A stretch of 64,000 bases of DNA from Candidatus Krumholzibacteriota bacterium (GCA_963764625.1 CAVXTH010000009.1:384001-448000); one strand, 5' to 3'. Positions 51,038 through 61,262 are shown, numbered from the stretch's first letter. Notes: generated by a model not told the origin, from the letters alone. Numbers and translations: made by a program.

Positions 51038-52273
51038 CTACTCGGCGACCCGCTGACGTTCGTAGGTTTTGCAAGGATCCACGTCCTCGACGTAGTCACT
51101 CTCCCACAGGCGGGAAAAGAAGGTCTCGAGCTGAGCGGCGATTTTCGGGTCTTGCATCACGAGCCCGACGTTCCTGGTGTCGTGAAAATAGCTCTTTCCC
51201 CAATTGGAGGTCCCGACCCAACTCGAACGTCCATCGACGACGAGGTACTTCGCGTGAATGACGCGCGCGAAGGGAATGAATCCTCCCGACCATTGGGGGA
51301 TGGTGGCGAGTCTGACCGAGACGTGGCGGAGAGACTGGAGGCTCTTCAAGTACTGCATCGAACTCGATCCCTTCGACCAATTCGCCAGAATCATCTCCAC
51401 CTCGACCCCGCGCGCCGCCGCCCGGCGCAGTGCGTCGTCGAGCACGTTCCAGTAGTTGTGATCGCGGCCGACGAGGTGGTAGGAGAGGAGCTGGAAACGA
51501 ATGTGATCCTGGGCTTTGTCCAAGAGCTTCACGATCAGGGGCAAGTCCCACTCTTCCTCTCGGGGGAGAAAGCCGGTGGGGCTGAACGCGGGGGAGTATC
51601 CCTCGGGAAGGGCCGGAGGCGCCGCGCTCACCGCGGGTGGATCCTCGCCGGCGGACCTTGCCCAATCGTAGTCGAAGACCTCCTGCAAGCGTTCACTGAG
51701 CGCGGGATCTTCGATGCGAAGTCCCAGCTCCTGAATGTGAGCCAGCGAACGCCAGTCGAAGTTCTGACTGCCGAGATAGGCGGAACGGCCATCTACCAGG
51801 AAGTACTTGGCGTGGAGCACGCCCCCCATCAGCGCGCCCACGTCGTAGATTCTCAACTCGATGTTTGGCTGGGCGTCGAGACGATTCAGAGTCTCGGGAT
51901 AGGTCTTGTAGAAGTTCTTCTCGGCCAGGAAGCGGACTCGGACCCCGCGTTTGGCCGCCGCTTCGATGGCTTGGATCACTGCCTCGAGACGGCCGGCGCT
52001 CGCAGGAGCAGCTTGCCGCAGCGAGTCGGGCGCGTTGGACGCGTAGAACTCGGCGAAATCGAGTTCCTTCTTGGCACTCGTGACCATCTCCAACCAGACC
52101 TGGGGTGCGTCCGCGATCCCCGGATTGTCGAGACTGGTCTCCACCGGCCAACTCTCCACCAGTTGTACCGGCGGCATGGCGGCGTGGACACTTGAGATGT
52201 TCGGGGCAACGAGCGGAAGAAGGCACGAGAGAAAGAGAAACCCGAGAACACGCGGCGCTGGCGGCACGGCCAC
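51038..52273 (-). CDS. Exported phospholipase D superfamily protein, PLD3/K4L-like
   Basis: Two HxKxxxxD motifs (HAKYFLVD, HAKYLVVD); LVESWP, GSQNFDWRSL...ELG, IPFARV.H.KY, GTSNW...YF; signal peptide. Confidence 0.88.
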   Translation of the reverse strand: MAVPPAPRVLGFLFLSCLLPLVAPNISSVHAAMPPVQLVESWPVETSLDNPGIADAPQVWLEMVTSAKKELDFAEFYASNAPDSLRQAAPASAGRLEAVIQAIEAAAKRGVRVRFLAEKNFYKTYPETLNRLDAQPNIELRIYDVGALMGGVLHAKYFLVDGRSAYLGSQNFDWRSLAHIQELGLRIEDPALSERLQEVFDYDWARSAGEDPPAVSAAPPALPEGYSPAFSPTGFLPREEEWDLPLIVKLLDKAQDHIRFQLLSYHLVGRDHNYWNVLDDALRRAAARGVEVEMILANWSKGSSSMQYLKSLQSLRHVSVRLATIPQWSGGFIPFARVIHAKYLVVDGRSSWVGTSNWGKSYFHDTRNVGLVMQDPKIAAQLETFFSRLWESDYVEDVDPCKTYERQRVAE

Positions 52274-52468
52274 CTCCTCAGTGGGGGTTTGGGCCAGGAT
52301 ACCAGTCGAGGGAGTTCGGGGAAAGAACTCTCATTTCTGCTTCGGGGTCGGGGTCCGGCGTTGCTTCTCTTCGAGTGGTTCCCTACACTCGCCCCACGGC
52401 CTCGTCCAGTCGGGACGAGCCGGTCTGGAACGTGGCGTGCCACGCCGACGAGAGGGAGGCAGAGGGTA

Positions 52469-52924
52469 ATGCGTGTGGCGCTCGGCTGTGATCACGGCGG
52501 ATTCCCACTCAAGGCGGAGCTTGTCTCGCTGCTCGAGAGCCTGGGACACGAGCTCATCGACTGTGGCACCGACTCCCTTGAGCCGGTCGACTATCCCCAC
52601 TACGCATCCGAAGTCGCCAAGACACTGCTCGAAGCTCGCGCGCAGCGGGGCATCGTGCTCTGCGGCAGTGGCATCGGAGCTGCGGTGGCGGCCAACAAGG
52701 TCAAGGGCATCCGGGCCGGGCTCTGTCACGATACCTATTCCGCGCACCAGGGCGTCGAGCACGACGACATCAACGTGCTGTGTCTGGGCGCCCGTGTGGT
52801 GGGACCGAGCCTCGCGAAAGAAATTGTCATGGCGTTTCTGAAGGCGCGTTTCAGCGATGAAGAGCGCCACCGCCGCCGCCTTGCCCTCGTGGCGGAGCTG
52901 GAACGCACGGGGAAGTCGCTCTAG
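52469..52924 (+). CDS. rpiB: Ribose-5-phosphate isomerase B
   Basis: GCDHGG, VDYP, CGSGIG...ANK..GIRA, EHDD.NVL.LG.R, RH.RR. Confidence 0.95.
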   Translation: MRVALGCDHGGFPLKAELVSLLESLGHELIDCGTDSLEPVDYPHYASEVAKTLLEARAQRGIVLCGSGIGAAVAANKVKGIRAGLCHDTYSAHQGVEHDDINVLCLGARVVGPSLAKEIVMAFLKARFSDEERHRRRLALVAELERTGKSL

Positions 52925-52996
52925 CCATTGGACTGGGCCGGAGATTCCGGCTTTGCCTCAGTTCTCTCTTTCAACCTCGCTTCGAGGAGTTCCGCG

Positions 52997-54106
52997 ATGA
53001 ACCAGAACCCCTTGATTCGCCTGCACGAGTTCGGCCAATCCTTCTGGTGGGATTCGCTCAGTCGGCGCGCATTGCGTGACGGCACCATCGCCCGCATGCG
53101 CGACGAAGACGGAATGCGCGGCATCACCAGTAATCCCAGCATTTTCCAGGCGGCGATCAGCGGAAGTAAGGATTACGACGAAGCGGTCGGCAAACTCATG
53201 CGCGCCGGTTTGGACTGCGAGTCGGTCTTCTGGGAGCTCGCGGTACAGGACATCAAAGCCGCGTGTGAGTTGTTGTTTCCCGTATTCGAGGAGAGCGAGG
53301 GACGAGACGGTTTCGTCAGCCTCGAGGTCGACCCCCGTCTCGCCTACGACGCGCAGCGCACGATGAAGGAAGTGGATCGCCTCTGGGATTGGGTCGACTG
53401 TGAGAATCTGATGGTCAAGATTCCCGCCACCAAGGAGGGAATTCCCGTCATCCAGAGTGCGCTGGAAAGAGGCCGCAAGATCAACATTACCCTTCTCTTC
53501 GGCCGTAAAGCCTACCGCGAGGTCATGGAAGCCTACTTGAGTGCGCTCGAGACCCGGCTTGCGCACAGGCGTCCCCTTAGCAGCGTGGCCTCGGTCGCCT
53601 CGTTCTTCGTGAGCCGTCTCGACACTCTGGTGGATGCCAAGTTGGAGAAAGTAGACGACCCTCGGGCGGGTTCGCTCATGGGGAAGGCGGCGGTGGCCAA
53701 TGCGAAGCTCGCCTACCGTGACTTCCTCGAGGTCTTCGCGGGAAGCCGCTGGGAGAAGCTGGCCCAGGCGGGCGCGCGCGCGCAGCGTCCTCTCTGGGCC
53801 TCCACGAGCACGAAGAACCCCGCCTACTCCGATACCCTCTACGTGGATCCGCTGGTGGGTAGGCATACGGTCAATACGATTCCCACCGTCACGGTGGATG
53901 CCTATCGCGATCACGGTCAGCCCGCGGCGGACGCAATCCTGAAGGACCAGGAAGAATCGAGCGCGATTCTGAATGAGATCGAAGCGCTGGGCGTTTCCCT
54001 GGACGCGGCGACCGAGGAGCTCTTGCAGGACGGAGTGAAGAAGTTCGAGAAGAGCTTCACTGGTCTGCTCGAGGCCTTACAAGAGAAGGCCAATGCCATT
54101 CGCTGA
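52997..54106 (+). CDS. tal: Transaldolase (type 2)
   Basis: GQS.W.D, GITSNPSIF, VSLEVDP, MVKIPAT, NITLLF, SVASFFVSR.D, RPLWAST.TKNP. Confidence 0.94.
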   Translation: MNQNPLIRLHEFGQSFWWDSLSRRALRDGTIARMRDEDGMRGITSNPSIFQAAISGSKDYDEAVGKLMRAGLDCESVFWELAVQDIKAACELLFPVFEESEGRDGFVSLEVDPRLAYDAQRTMKEVDRLWDWVDCENLMVKIPATKEGIPVIQSALERGRKINITLLFGRKAYREVMEAYLSALETRLAHRRPLSSVASVASFFVSRLDTLVDAKLEKVDDPRAGSLMGKAAVANAKLAYRDFLEVFAGSRWEKLAQAGARAQRPLWASTSTKNPAYSDTLYVDPLVGRHTVNTIPTVTVDAYRDHGQPAADAILKDQEESSAILNEIEALGVSLDAATEELLQDGVKKFEKSFTGLLEALQEKANAIR

Positions 54107-55262
54107 TTCACCCGCGACGGCTCCCGAGGAAAAGACGCGTGGCCACGTGCTCCCCAACCGGGAGGACGTCTGGTGGTTGATCGGACGCATCATCGCTCTT
54201 CTTTTGGTTCTGTATTTCTTCCTCTATTCCATCGAATTGCTCGGTTCCACGTTCAAGCTCATGGGGAAGGGCTTCGCGGTGGGTCTCATCGAGACCACCG
54301 CCAATCCCTTCACCGGGCTTCTCATCGGCGTTTTGGCCACCAGTCTGGTGCAAAGCAGCTCGACCGTTACCTCGATCGTGGTGGGAATGGTGGCAGGAGG
54401 GGGACTGAGCGTACCCGGTGCGATTCCCATCATCATGGGCGCGAACATCGGTACCAGCGTCACCAACACGATCGTGTCCCTGGGGCACATGGCGCGTCCC
54501 CAGGAATTCCAACGAGCGTTTTGTGGGGCAACCGTACACGACTTCTTCAATCTCTTTGCCGTGGCGCTGTTTCTCCCGCTAGAGATCTTCTTCCACTTCA
54601 TCGAGCGTTCGTCACGGTGGGCCGAGGGCTTTCTTGTCGGTCGGTCGGGCGTGAGTTTCAACTCTCCCCTCAAGCTCATCGTCAAGCCGGTCGCGGAGTC
54701 GACCCAGGATCTCGTGAGATCCCTGGCCCGGGGAGATACTCTGGCCGCGGTCATCCTCATCATCCTGTCCCTGTTGCTGCTTTTTTTGAGCCTGCACTTT
54801 CTGGTGAAACTGATGCGCCGGCTCATCCTGGGGAGGGTGGAGGTCTTGATGCACCGCTACGTGTTCAGGAACGCGTTGGCGGGGATTCTCGCGGGGACTT
54901 TGGTCACGGTTCTAGTTCAGAGCAGCAGCGTGACCACGAGCCTACTGGTGCCGCTGATGGCAGCCGGATTCACCACCGTGGAACAGATTTTTCCCGTGGT
55001 GCTCGGCGCCAACGTGGGAACGACCGTGACGGCGCTCTTAGCCAGTCTGGTCACGGGTTCGCCGGCCGCTTTGGTGGTGGCCCTGAGTCATCTTTTTTTC
55101 AACATCTACGGGATCCTGGTGCTCTATCCTCTCAGGAGGATTCCGATCGGCGCGGCCAAGCTCCTCGGGCGGCTGAGCGTGCGATCACGGGGGTATGCGG
55201 TGGCCTATGTTCTCTTGGTATTTTTCATTATACCATTGGCTCTGATATTCGTGACACGCTAG
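54093..55262 (+). CDS. Na+/phosphate cotransporter (NptA/SLC34 family)
   Basis: Two QSSS repeats with GANIGTS and GANVGTT; GATVHDFFN. Confidence 0.92.
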   Translation: MPFADSPATAPEEKTRGHVLPNREDVWWLIGRIIALLLVLYFFLYSIELLGSTFKLMGKGFAVGLIETTANPFTGLLIGVLATSLVQSSSTVTSIVVGMVAGGGLSVPGAIPIIMGANIGTSVTNTIVSLGHMARPQEFQRAFCGATVHDFFNLFAVALFLPLEIFFHFIERSSRWAEGFLVGRSGVSFNSPLKLIVKPVAESTQDLVRSLARGDTLAAVILIILSLLLLFLSLHFLVKLMRRLILGRVEVLMHRYVFRNALAGILAGTLVTVLVQSSSVTTSLLVPLMAAGFTTVEQIFPVVLGANVGTTVTALLASLVTGSPAALVVALSHLFFNIYGILVLYPLRRIPIGAAKLLGRLSVRSRGYAVAYVLLVFFIIPLALIFVTR

Positions 55263-55271
55263 GAGATCATC

Positions 55272-55952
55272 ATGTTTCGAGCTCTCTTAAACGCGCTTCG
55301 CAAGAAGAATCAGCTGAGCCGGGCTCTGGACCTGAGCTACGAGTGCCTGGAGAAGGCCGAGTTGCTCGCCCGCGCTTCCATGGATGATCTGCTCAACGGC
55401 CAGAAGCCCACGATCGACATCTACGCCCTGGATCGGGAGATCAACCGTGGTGAGATGCAGGTACGTCGCCTGGTTTTCGAGTATCAGCTCCTCAACGAGG
55501 TTCCCGACATGACGGCGAGTTTGGTCCTGACGAGCACCATCATCGATATCGAACGCATTGGCGACTATTCGAAGAACATCTACGAGCTCGCCGAACGCTA
55601 CCGCCATCCATTCGTGGGTAACCAACACTTCGAAACGGTACGCGGGATCGCTGAAGAAGTATTGAAGCTCTTCCCCCGCGCTGCCGAAGCTTTCCGCGAA
55701 GGGGACGTCGAGGCGGCAGAGTTCATCATGAAAGAGCACAGCGGTTTCAGCCGCCGTCTCGATTCGATGATCGACGGTCTGGTGGAGGACCCGCAGATCA
55801 GTGCCAAGGATGCGGTGATGGTGGCTCTCTCCGCGCGCTACACCAAGCGTATCAGCGCCCATCTTTCGAATCTGGCCAGCAGTGTAATCAATCCTTTCGA
55901 CCGTATTGGCTTTCGGCCCGGCAAGCGGGAGCCCGAAGACGCGGACGAGTGA
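55272..55952 (+). CDS. PhoU domain protein
   Basis: DREIN..E..VRR, DIERIGDY.KNI, R...RI.AH..N; directly after the Na/Pi transporter. Confidence 0.85.
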   Translation: MFRALLNALRKKNQLSRALDLSYECLEKAELLARASMDDLLNGQKPTIDIYALDREINRGEMQVRRLVFEYQLLNEVPDMTASLVLTSTIIDIERIGDYSKNIYELAERYRHPFVGNQHFETVRGIAEEVLKLFPRAAEAFREGDVEAAEFIMKEHSGFSRRLDSMIDGLVEDPQISAKDAVMVALSARYTKRISAHLSNLASSVINPFDRIGFRPGKREPEDADE

Positions 55953-55968
55953 GATCAAAGGGGAAGAG

Positions 55969-57636
55969 ATGCGAAACTACATTCCTTGTCTAGTTGCCGT
56001 GGCGCTGGTCGTAGTCGCGGCGACGGGTGCAGTCGCCTGCACGAACTTCGTCGCCAGCAGCGGGGCAACGACCGACGGATCGGTCATCGTGACCTATACC
56101 TGCGACGGAGAATTCCATCCACAGCTCGAGCGCGTCGCGGCTGCAACGCACGAGCCGGGAGATTCGCTCCAAATTACCGACTGGTCGGGGAAAGTCCTGG
56201 GGGCGGTGGCGCAACCAGCCCACACCTATGGCGTGGTGAATCTCATGAACGACCATCAGGTGGCGATCGCCGAGACCACGACCGATGGCCGGGAAGAACT
56301 CATCAATCCGGCCGGATTGCTCCACTACTGGGCCCTCATGCGCCTCACCCTACAGCGGGCGGCGACCGCGCGGCAAGCGGTCGAAGTGATGGGACAGCTC
56401 GTCGACGACTACGGCTACCGCAGCAGCGGCGAGTCGTTCTACATCGGCGATCCCAAAGAGGCCTGGATCATGGAGATGGTGGGCCCGGGGGAGAATCCAC
56501 CAGCGGGGAGCCCCGGTGCGTACTGGGTGGCGCTACGAGTGCCCGACGGCTACGTCTGCGCGCACGCCAACTTGGGCCGGATCGATACCTTTCCCGAGAA
56601 TGATCCCGACAATTGCCTGTACTCCCCCGGCATGGAGCAGTTCGCCGCCGCCCACGGATGGTACGACTCCTCCTCGGGGGAGGCGTTCAGCTGGCGCAAG
56701 GCCTTTCATCCCACCACTCCCGAGAAGCTCCGCTACACCGCGACTCGTGTATGGAGTCTGTACCGTCGTTGCGCTCCTTCGAGGGACTGGCCGAGCGATT
56801 ACCATCGCGGGGTAGAAGGAGTGAAGCCTCTCCCTCTATTCATCAAGCCCGATCACAAGCTCTCGGTGCAGGATGTCTTCGATCTCATGCGCGACCATTA
56901 CGAGGGCACACCCTTCGACATGACTCAAGGAGTCGACGCCGGTCCCTACAACAGTCCCTATCGCTGGCGGCCGATGGGATTTACGGTGGACGGTCAGAAG
57001 TACACATGGGAGCGCCCCATCTCCACCCAGCAGACCGGATTCTCGATGATCACCCAATCGCGCGGGTGGCTTCCCGACTCCGTCGGAGGGCTCAGCTGGT
57101 ATGGGGTGGATGACACCTACTTCACCTGCTATGTGCCTCTCTACTGCGGTATCAATGATGTGCCCCAAGCGTTCGCGGTGGGCAGTTTGAACCACTTCTC
57201 CTGGGATTCGGCCTGGTGGGTGTTCAACTTCGTCTCCAACTACGCCAACCTGAAATACTCGTACATGATTCAGGATATCCAGAAGGTGCAATCCGAACTG
57301 GAGGGTGAGTTCTTTGCCATGCAGCCGATCGTCGAGAAGACGGCGGCGGATCTGGCCAAGAAGGACCCCGCCCTGATGACGCGCTATCTCACCGACTATT
57401 CGGTGAGCCATGGGCAGGACGTGGTCTCGCGGTGGCGGCGCCTGGGCGAGGACCTGATGACCAAGTACAACGACGGCTACGTGAAGGACGAGAACGGCCG
57501 CGTTACGGAGAAGGGGTACCCCGAGAGCTGGCTGAAGACGGTGGTGAAGGAGAGACCGCAGCAGTTCCTGCTGCCGCCGGAGAGGGAGGAGACAGCCGCA
57601 GCGGGATCCGCGGCGGCCGCTCAGTCGACTCCCTAA
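55969..57636 (+). CDS. Exported C69 family dipeptidase (Ntn hydrolase)
   Basis: Signal peptide ending A-CTN (N-terminal Cys nucleophile); MN.HQVAI.ETT, GESF.I.D..EAW, MRDHYEGT, ERPISTQQ. Confidence 0.88.
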   Translation: MRNYIPCLVAVALVVVAATGAVACTNFVASSGATTDGSVIVTYTCDGEFHPQLERVAAATHEPGDSLQITDWSGKVLGAVAQPAHTYGVVNLMNDHQVAIAETTTDGREELINPAGLLHYWALMRLTLQRAATARQAVEVMGQLVDDYGYRSSGESFYIGDPKEAWIMEMVGPGENPPAGSPGAYWVALRVPDGYVCAHANLGRIDTFPENDPDNCLYSPGMEQFAAAHGWYDSSSGEAFSWRKAFHPTTPEKLRYTATRVWSLYRRCAPSRDWPSDYHRGVEGVKPLPLFIKPDHKLSVQDVFDLMRDHYEGTPFDMTQGVDAGPYNSPYRWRPMGFTVDGQKYTWERPISTQQTGFSMITQSRGWLPDSVGGLSWYGVDDTYFTCYVPLYCGINDVPQAFAVGSLNHFSWDSAWWVFNFVSNYANLKYSYMIQDIQKVQSELEGEFFAMQPIVEKTAADLAKKDPALMTRYLTDYSVSHGQDVVSRWRRLGEDLMTKYNDGYVKDENGRVTEKGYPESWLKTVVKERPQQFLLPPEREETAAAGSAAAAQSTP

Positions 57637-57675
57637 TAGTGGGCGCGGTGACAGCCTTGGTGTAGATTTCTCCGG

Positions 57676-60303
57676 ATGCAGATCTCACCCGGTACCAGAC
57701 TCGGCCCCTATGAAATCCTCGCGCCCCTGGGCGCGGGGGGAATGGGTGAGGTGTACCGCGCGCGGGACACGCGCCTCGACCGCGAAGTCGCGGTCAAAGT
57801 GCTGCCCGAACACCTCTCGACGCATCCGGAGATTCGCTCACGGTTCGAGCGCGAGGCACGGGCGGTTTCCTCCCTCAATCACCCCCACATCTGCACCCTG
57901 TTCGACGTCGGCCGCGAGGGAAACACCGACTATCTGGTGATGGAGCTCATCGAGGGCGAGACCCTGGCGGACCGGCTCGTGAAGGGCCCCCTACCGCTTG
58001 CGGACGTGCTCGCCTTGGGCTCGCAGATCTGTAGCGCTCTCACCCGCGCCCACCGCGCCGGGATCATCCATCGCGATCTCAAGCCGGGGAACGTCATGCT
58101 GTCTGCGGGGGGCGCCAAGCTGATGGACTTCGGTCTGGCGCGCGCCGTGGGTCCCGCAGAAGCAGGTGAGGGGGGCGTGAGCCGACTCGCGCAGTCACCG
58201 ACCATCGCCCAGCCCTTGACCGCAGAGGGCACGATCCTCGGCACCTTTCAGTACATGGCCCCCGAACAGCTCGAGGGCAAGGAGGCCGATGAGCGAAGTG
58301 ATGTGTGGGCGCTCGGCTGTGTCCTCTACGAGATGGCCACGGGAAGCAGGGCCTTCGACGGGACCAGCCAGGCCAGTCTGATCTCGGCCATCATGGGACA
58401 AGCGGTACGGGCATTGAAGGAGCTCGCTCCCGCCTCGCCGCCCGCACTGGATCGTTTGATCCAGGCCTGCCTGGCCAAGGATCCCCAGGAGCGGGTGCAG
58501 ACGGCGCACGACGTCGGTCTGCAACTTCAGTGGATGCAATCCGCTGACGAGAGCGAGGCATTCCCGAGAGCCGCTGCGACCTCGGGCAAGCACCGCCGAC
58601 CGCGTTGGGCGCTCTGGGTCGTCACGGCCCTGGTCGTTCTGGCGACCTCGGCCACGACCTTCGTCATCGGTCGCGGTGGCCGGCCGACGACTGAATCCAC
58701 GGAGGTCCAATATCACCGCAAGACCTACCGCAAGCAGGCCATCTTCACCGCGCGCTTCATGCCCGACGGCAAGACGATCGTCTTGAGCTCCGCGCTCCTG
58801 GGGAACCAAACGCGACTCTACGTCATCCGTCCCGAATATCCCGCGCCGCAGCCGCTCGGGGTGAAGAACGTGCACCTGCTCGCCATCTCCTCGCGGGGCG
58901 AGTTGGCGGTTCTGGCCAACGCCCGCTACTCCGGCCACCATCGGCTCTTCAGCGGCACCCTGGCCCGCATGCCCCTGGAAGGCGCCGCCCCACGGGAAGT
59001 CCTGGAAGGCGTCCGCGAGGCGGATTGGTCGCCCGACGGAACGCAGCTCGCCATCATTCACGAGGTCGACGGCAAGGACCGGCTGGAGTATCCCATCGGC
59101 AAGGTCCTCTACGAATCGGCCGGCTATCTCAGCGACCCGCGGGTATCTAGAGACGGCCAACGAGTCGCGTTCATGGAGCATCCCTTCCGCTGGGACGACC
59201 GGGGGTCGGTCAACCTCATCGATCGCGAGGGCCACATGCGCGTGCTCAGTTCGGGATACTGGGGCATGGAGGGGATGGCGTGGTCGGTGGATGATGCAGC
59301 GGTGTTTTTCAGTGCCACCATCAACGGTAGCGACTTTTCCGTGTACCGGGCCGGCCTGCAGGGCAACGCAAAGCTGGTGCGCCAGAGCGCGGGGCTGTTG
59401 ACAATCCACGACATCGCAGCGAATGGCACCTGGATCGCGACGCGAGACGACTATCCAATCCGCATCATGTTTCAGGGGGCCGAAGACGCGCAAGCCCACG
59501 ACATCTCCTGGCTCGACAGCTCCGTGAGTCCAGTCCTCTCGGCCGATGCCAAGACCGTGGTCTTCACCGATCAGGCCGAAGGGGGTGGTCCAAATTACGG
59601 GGTGACTCTCCGCTCCACCTCTGGGGGCGCCATCGTTCGCCTGGGGGAGGGAGTGGCCCAGGAGTTCTCGGCCGATGGGAAATCGGTACTGGTGGCCGTT
59701 CCAAGCACTCCCCCGCGCGTCATGAGCTATCCGGTGGGGGCGGGACAGCCGCTTCGCCTCGACCATGGTGAGTTCGAGAATATCGGGCAGGCACTTTGGA
59801 TGCCCGGTGAAAGCGCGGTTCTGGTGAGCGGAAACGTGGCGGGCCAGCCACCTCGCTGCTTTTTGTTGAGTGCGTCCACGACCGAGCCGAAGCCGGTGGG
59901 TCCGGTGGGCATTCGGGGTGGCTTCCCCTCTCCGGATGGCAAGGTCTTCGTGGCGCTGTCGCAGACCGGTTGGTGGATCTACTCGATCTCGGGAGAGGAA
60001 AGCCCCCGGAAGCTGGAGTCGCTGTCCTCCCACGACCAGCTGGTTCGCTGGAACCTGGACGGATCCGCCCTGTACTGCTTCCGGGAGGCCAATAGCCCCA
60101 CGTCTCTGGACCGCATCGAGATCGCCACCGGCAAGCGTGAGAGCATCATGACCCTCGGCGGCACCGATCGAACCGGCCTCCTCAATCTGATCGATGTGTC
60201 GATGGCGGATGATCTGAGATCCGTCGTGTACGCCGGGTGGTACTACGACTCGGTGCTCTATACCATCGAACGTGCTCATCCGGCGGAACCGGAGCACGGT
60301 TAG
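57676..60303 (+). CDS. Hanks-type Ser/Thr kinase with TM helix and C-terminal TolB/PD40-like beta-propeller
   Basis: LGAGGMGEVY, VAVK, HRDLKPGN, DFGLA, GTFQYMAPEQ, D.WALG; TM; WSPDG, SRDG, SADG repeats. Confidence 0.92.
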   Translation: MQISPGTRLGPYEILAPLGAGGMGEVYRARDTRLDREVAVKVLPEHLSTHPEIRSRFEREARAVSSLNHPHICTLFDVGREGNTDYLVMELIEGETLADRLVKGPLPLADVLALGSQICSALTRAHRAGIIHRDLKPGNVMLSAGGAKLMDFGLARAVGPAEAGEGGVSRLAQSPTIAQPLTAEGTILGTFQYMAPEQLEGKEADERSDVWALGCVLYEMATGSRAFDGTSQASLISAIMGQAVRALKELAPASPPALDRLIQACLAKDPQERVQTAHDVGLQLQWMQSADESEAFPRAAATSGKHRRPRWALWVVTALVVLATSATTFVIGRGGRPTTESTEVQYHRKTYRKQAIFTARFMPDGKTIVLSSALLGNQTRLYVIRPEYPAPQPLGVKNVHLLAISSRGELAVLANARYSGHHRLFSGTLARMPLEGAAPREVLEGVREADWSPDGTQLAIIHEVDGKDRLEYPIGKVLYESAGYLSDPRVSRDGQRVAFMEHPFRWDDRGSVNLIDREGHMRVLSSGYWGMEGMAWSVDDAAVFFSATINGSDFSVYRAGLQGNAKLVRQSAGLLTIHDIAANGTWIATRDDYPIRIMFQGAEDAQAHDISWLDSSVSPVLSADAKTVVFTDQAEGGGPNYGVTLRSTSGGAIVRLGEGVAQEFSADGKSVLVAVPSTPPRVMSYPVGAGQPLRLDHGEFENIGQALWMPGESAVLVSGNVAGQPPRCFLLSASTTEPKPVGPVGIRGGFPSPDGKVFVALSQTGWWIYSISGEESPRKLESLSSHDQLVRWNLDGSALYCFREANSPTSLDRIEIATGKRESIMTLGGTDRTGLLNLIDVSMADDLRSVVYAGWYYDSVLYTIERAHPAEPEHG

Positions 60304-60329
60304 TTCTCGAGTTCAGCCAGGCCTCGAAT

Positions 60330-61262
60330 TCAACGGAACCTCGCCTTCAGCCCGCCAAAGCCAGTCGAGTGCGCCGCCACCGTCTGCGACCAGATGCCCG
60401 TGATGGAGCTCTCATTCGCCGCCGCCCCAAATGGTGTCAATCCGAGGACCTCGCACAGACAGCGCAGCACCGCGTAGTGGGTGAGGTGTTGGGTGGAGGT
60501 CTGTCCCGCCTGCACCGCCGGTCCGGCGAACACGGTGAGAACGTGGTTGCCCGAATGGCTGTCGTCTTCATCGAAGGTGAGCACCACCATTCCCCGTGGC
60601 CCCACCGCCTGGAGCATGGCTGGGATGTTGCCGGCGAGCCAGGTGTCGCCGGTCGCCACCACGCAGCTGTGCATGTCGTTGCACTGGCTAGGTACCACGA
60701 AGGAGAGCCGGGGTAGAGTTCCGGCCGCGATGTCAGCCGCGAGGTCGGAATAGGGCCGCTCATGGGTGTGATCCAGGTTGGACCAATCGGTCCAGGGCTC
60801 GTGCTTGCGCGCGTAGAGCGAGCCGCTGGCAGTGCATGCGGTGCTTCCTACTGAGGGCAGGTACTCCGAATAGGCCCGCCAGCTGACGCCGGCCGCTTCG
60901 CAGGCATGGCCCAAGTTCTCGGTCGTGTAGGGCGAGCCGGGGGAGGGGCAGTTGTCGTTCGTCACACCCTGGGTGCCTCCCGCCCACAAGGCCAGGTAGT
61001 TCGGCTGCGAGGGATGGGTGACTCCGTAAGACTGTGTGAACAGCACGCCGCCGCTGATGAGGGCGGAGATGTACGGCAGCCCGACGACCTGGGCGTAGCT
61101 GTGATTTTCCATGATCACCACGATGACGTGGTCCAGAGCCGGAGCCGCTTTGGCCGCAGCCGGCAAGGGTTGCCATAGCGCGGCCAAAGCCAAGAGGCTG
61201 GTCGCGTCGCGCAGAAGGGCCCAGCCACGACGGAATGCGAGAGAGTGAAGCTTGGAGGTCAT
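60330..61262 (-). CDS. Exported phosphoesterase (acid phosphatase/alkaline phosphatase superfamily)
   Basis: DHVIVVIMENHSY, HPSQPNYLAL, YARKHEPW, NDMH, LTFDE; signal peptide. Confidence 0.88.
   Translation of the reverse strand: MTSKLHSLAFRRGWALLRDATSLLALAALWQPLPAAAKAAPALDHVIVVIMENHSYAQVVGLPYISALISGGVLFTQSYGVTHPSQPNYLALWAGGTQGVTNDNCPSPGSPYTTENLGHACEAAGVSWRAYSEYLPSVGSTACTASGSLYARKHEPWTDWSNLDHTHERPYSDLAADIAAGTLPRLSFVVPSQCNDMHSCVVATGDTWLAGNIPAMLQAVGPRGMVVLTFDEDDSHSGNHVLTVFAGPAVQAGQTSTQHLTHYAVLRCLCEVLGLTPFGAAANESSITGIWSQTVAAHSTGFGGLKARFR

Noticed and set aside
58195-60297. 700-aa minus-strand ORF
   Set aside because: Antisense shadow of the Ser/Thr kinase; no motifs; long antisense ORFs are expected at high GC
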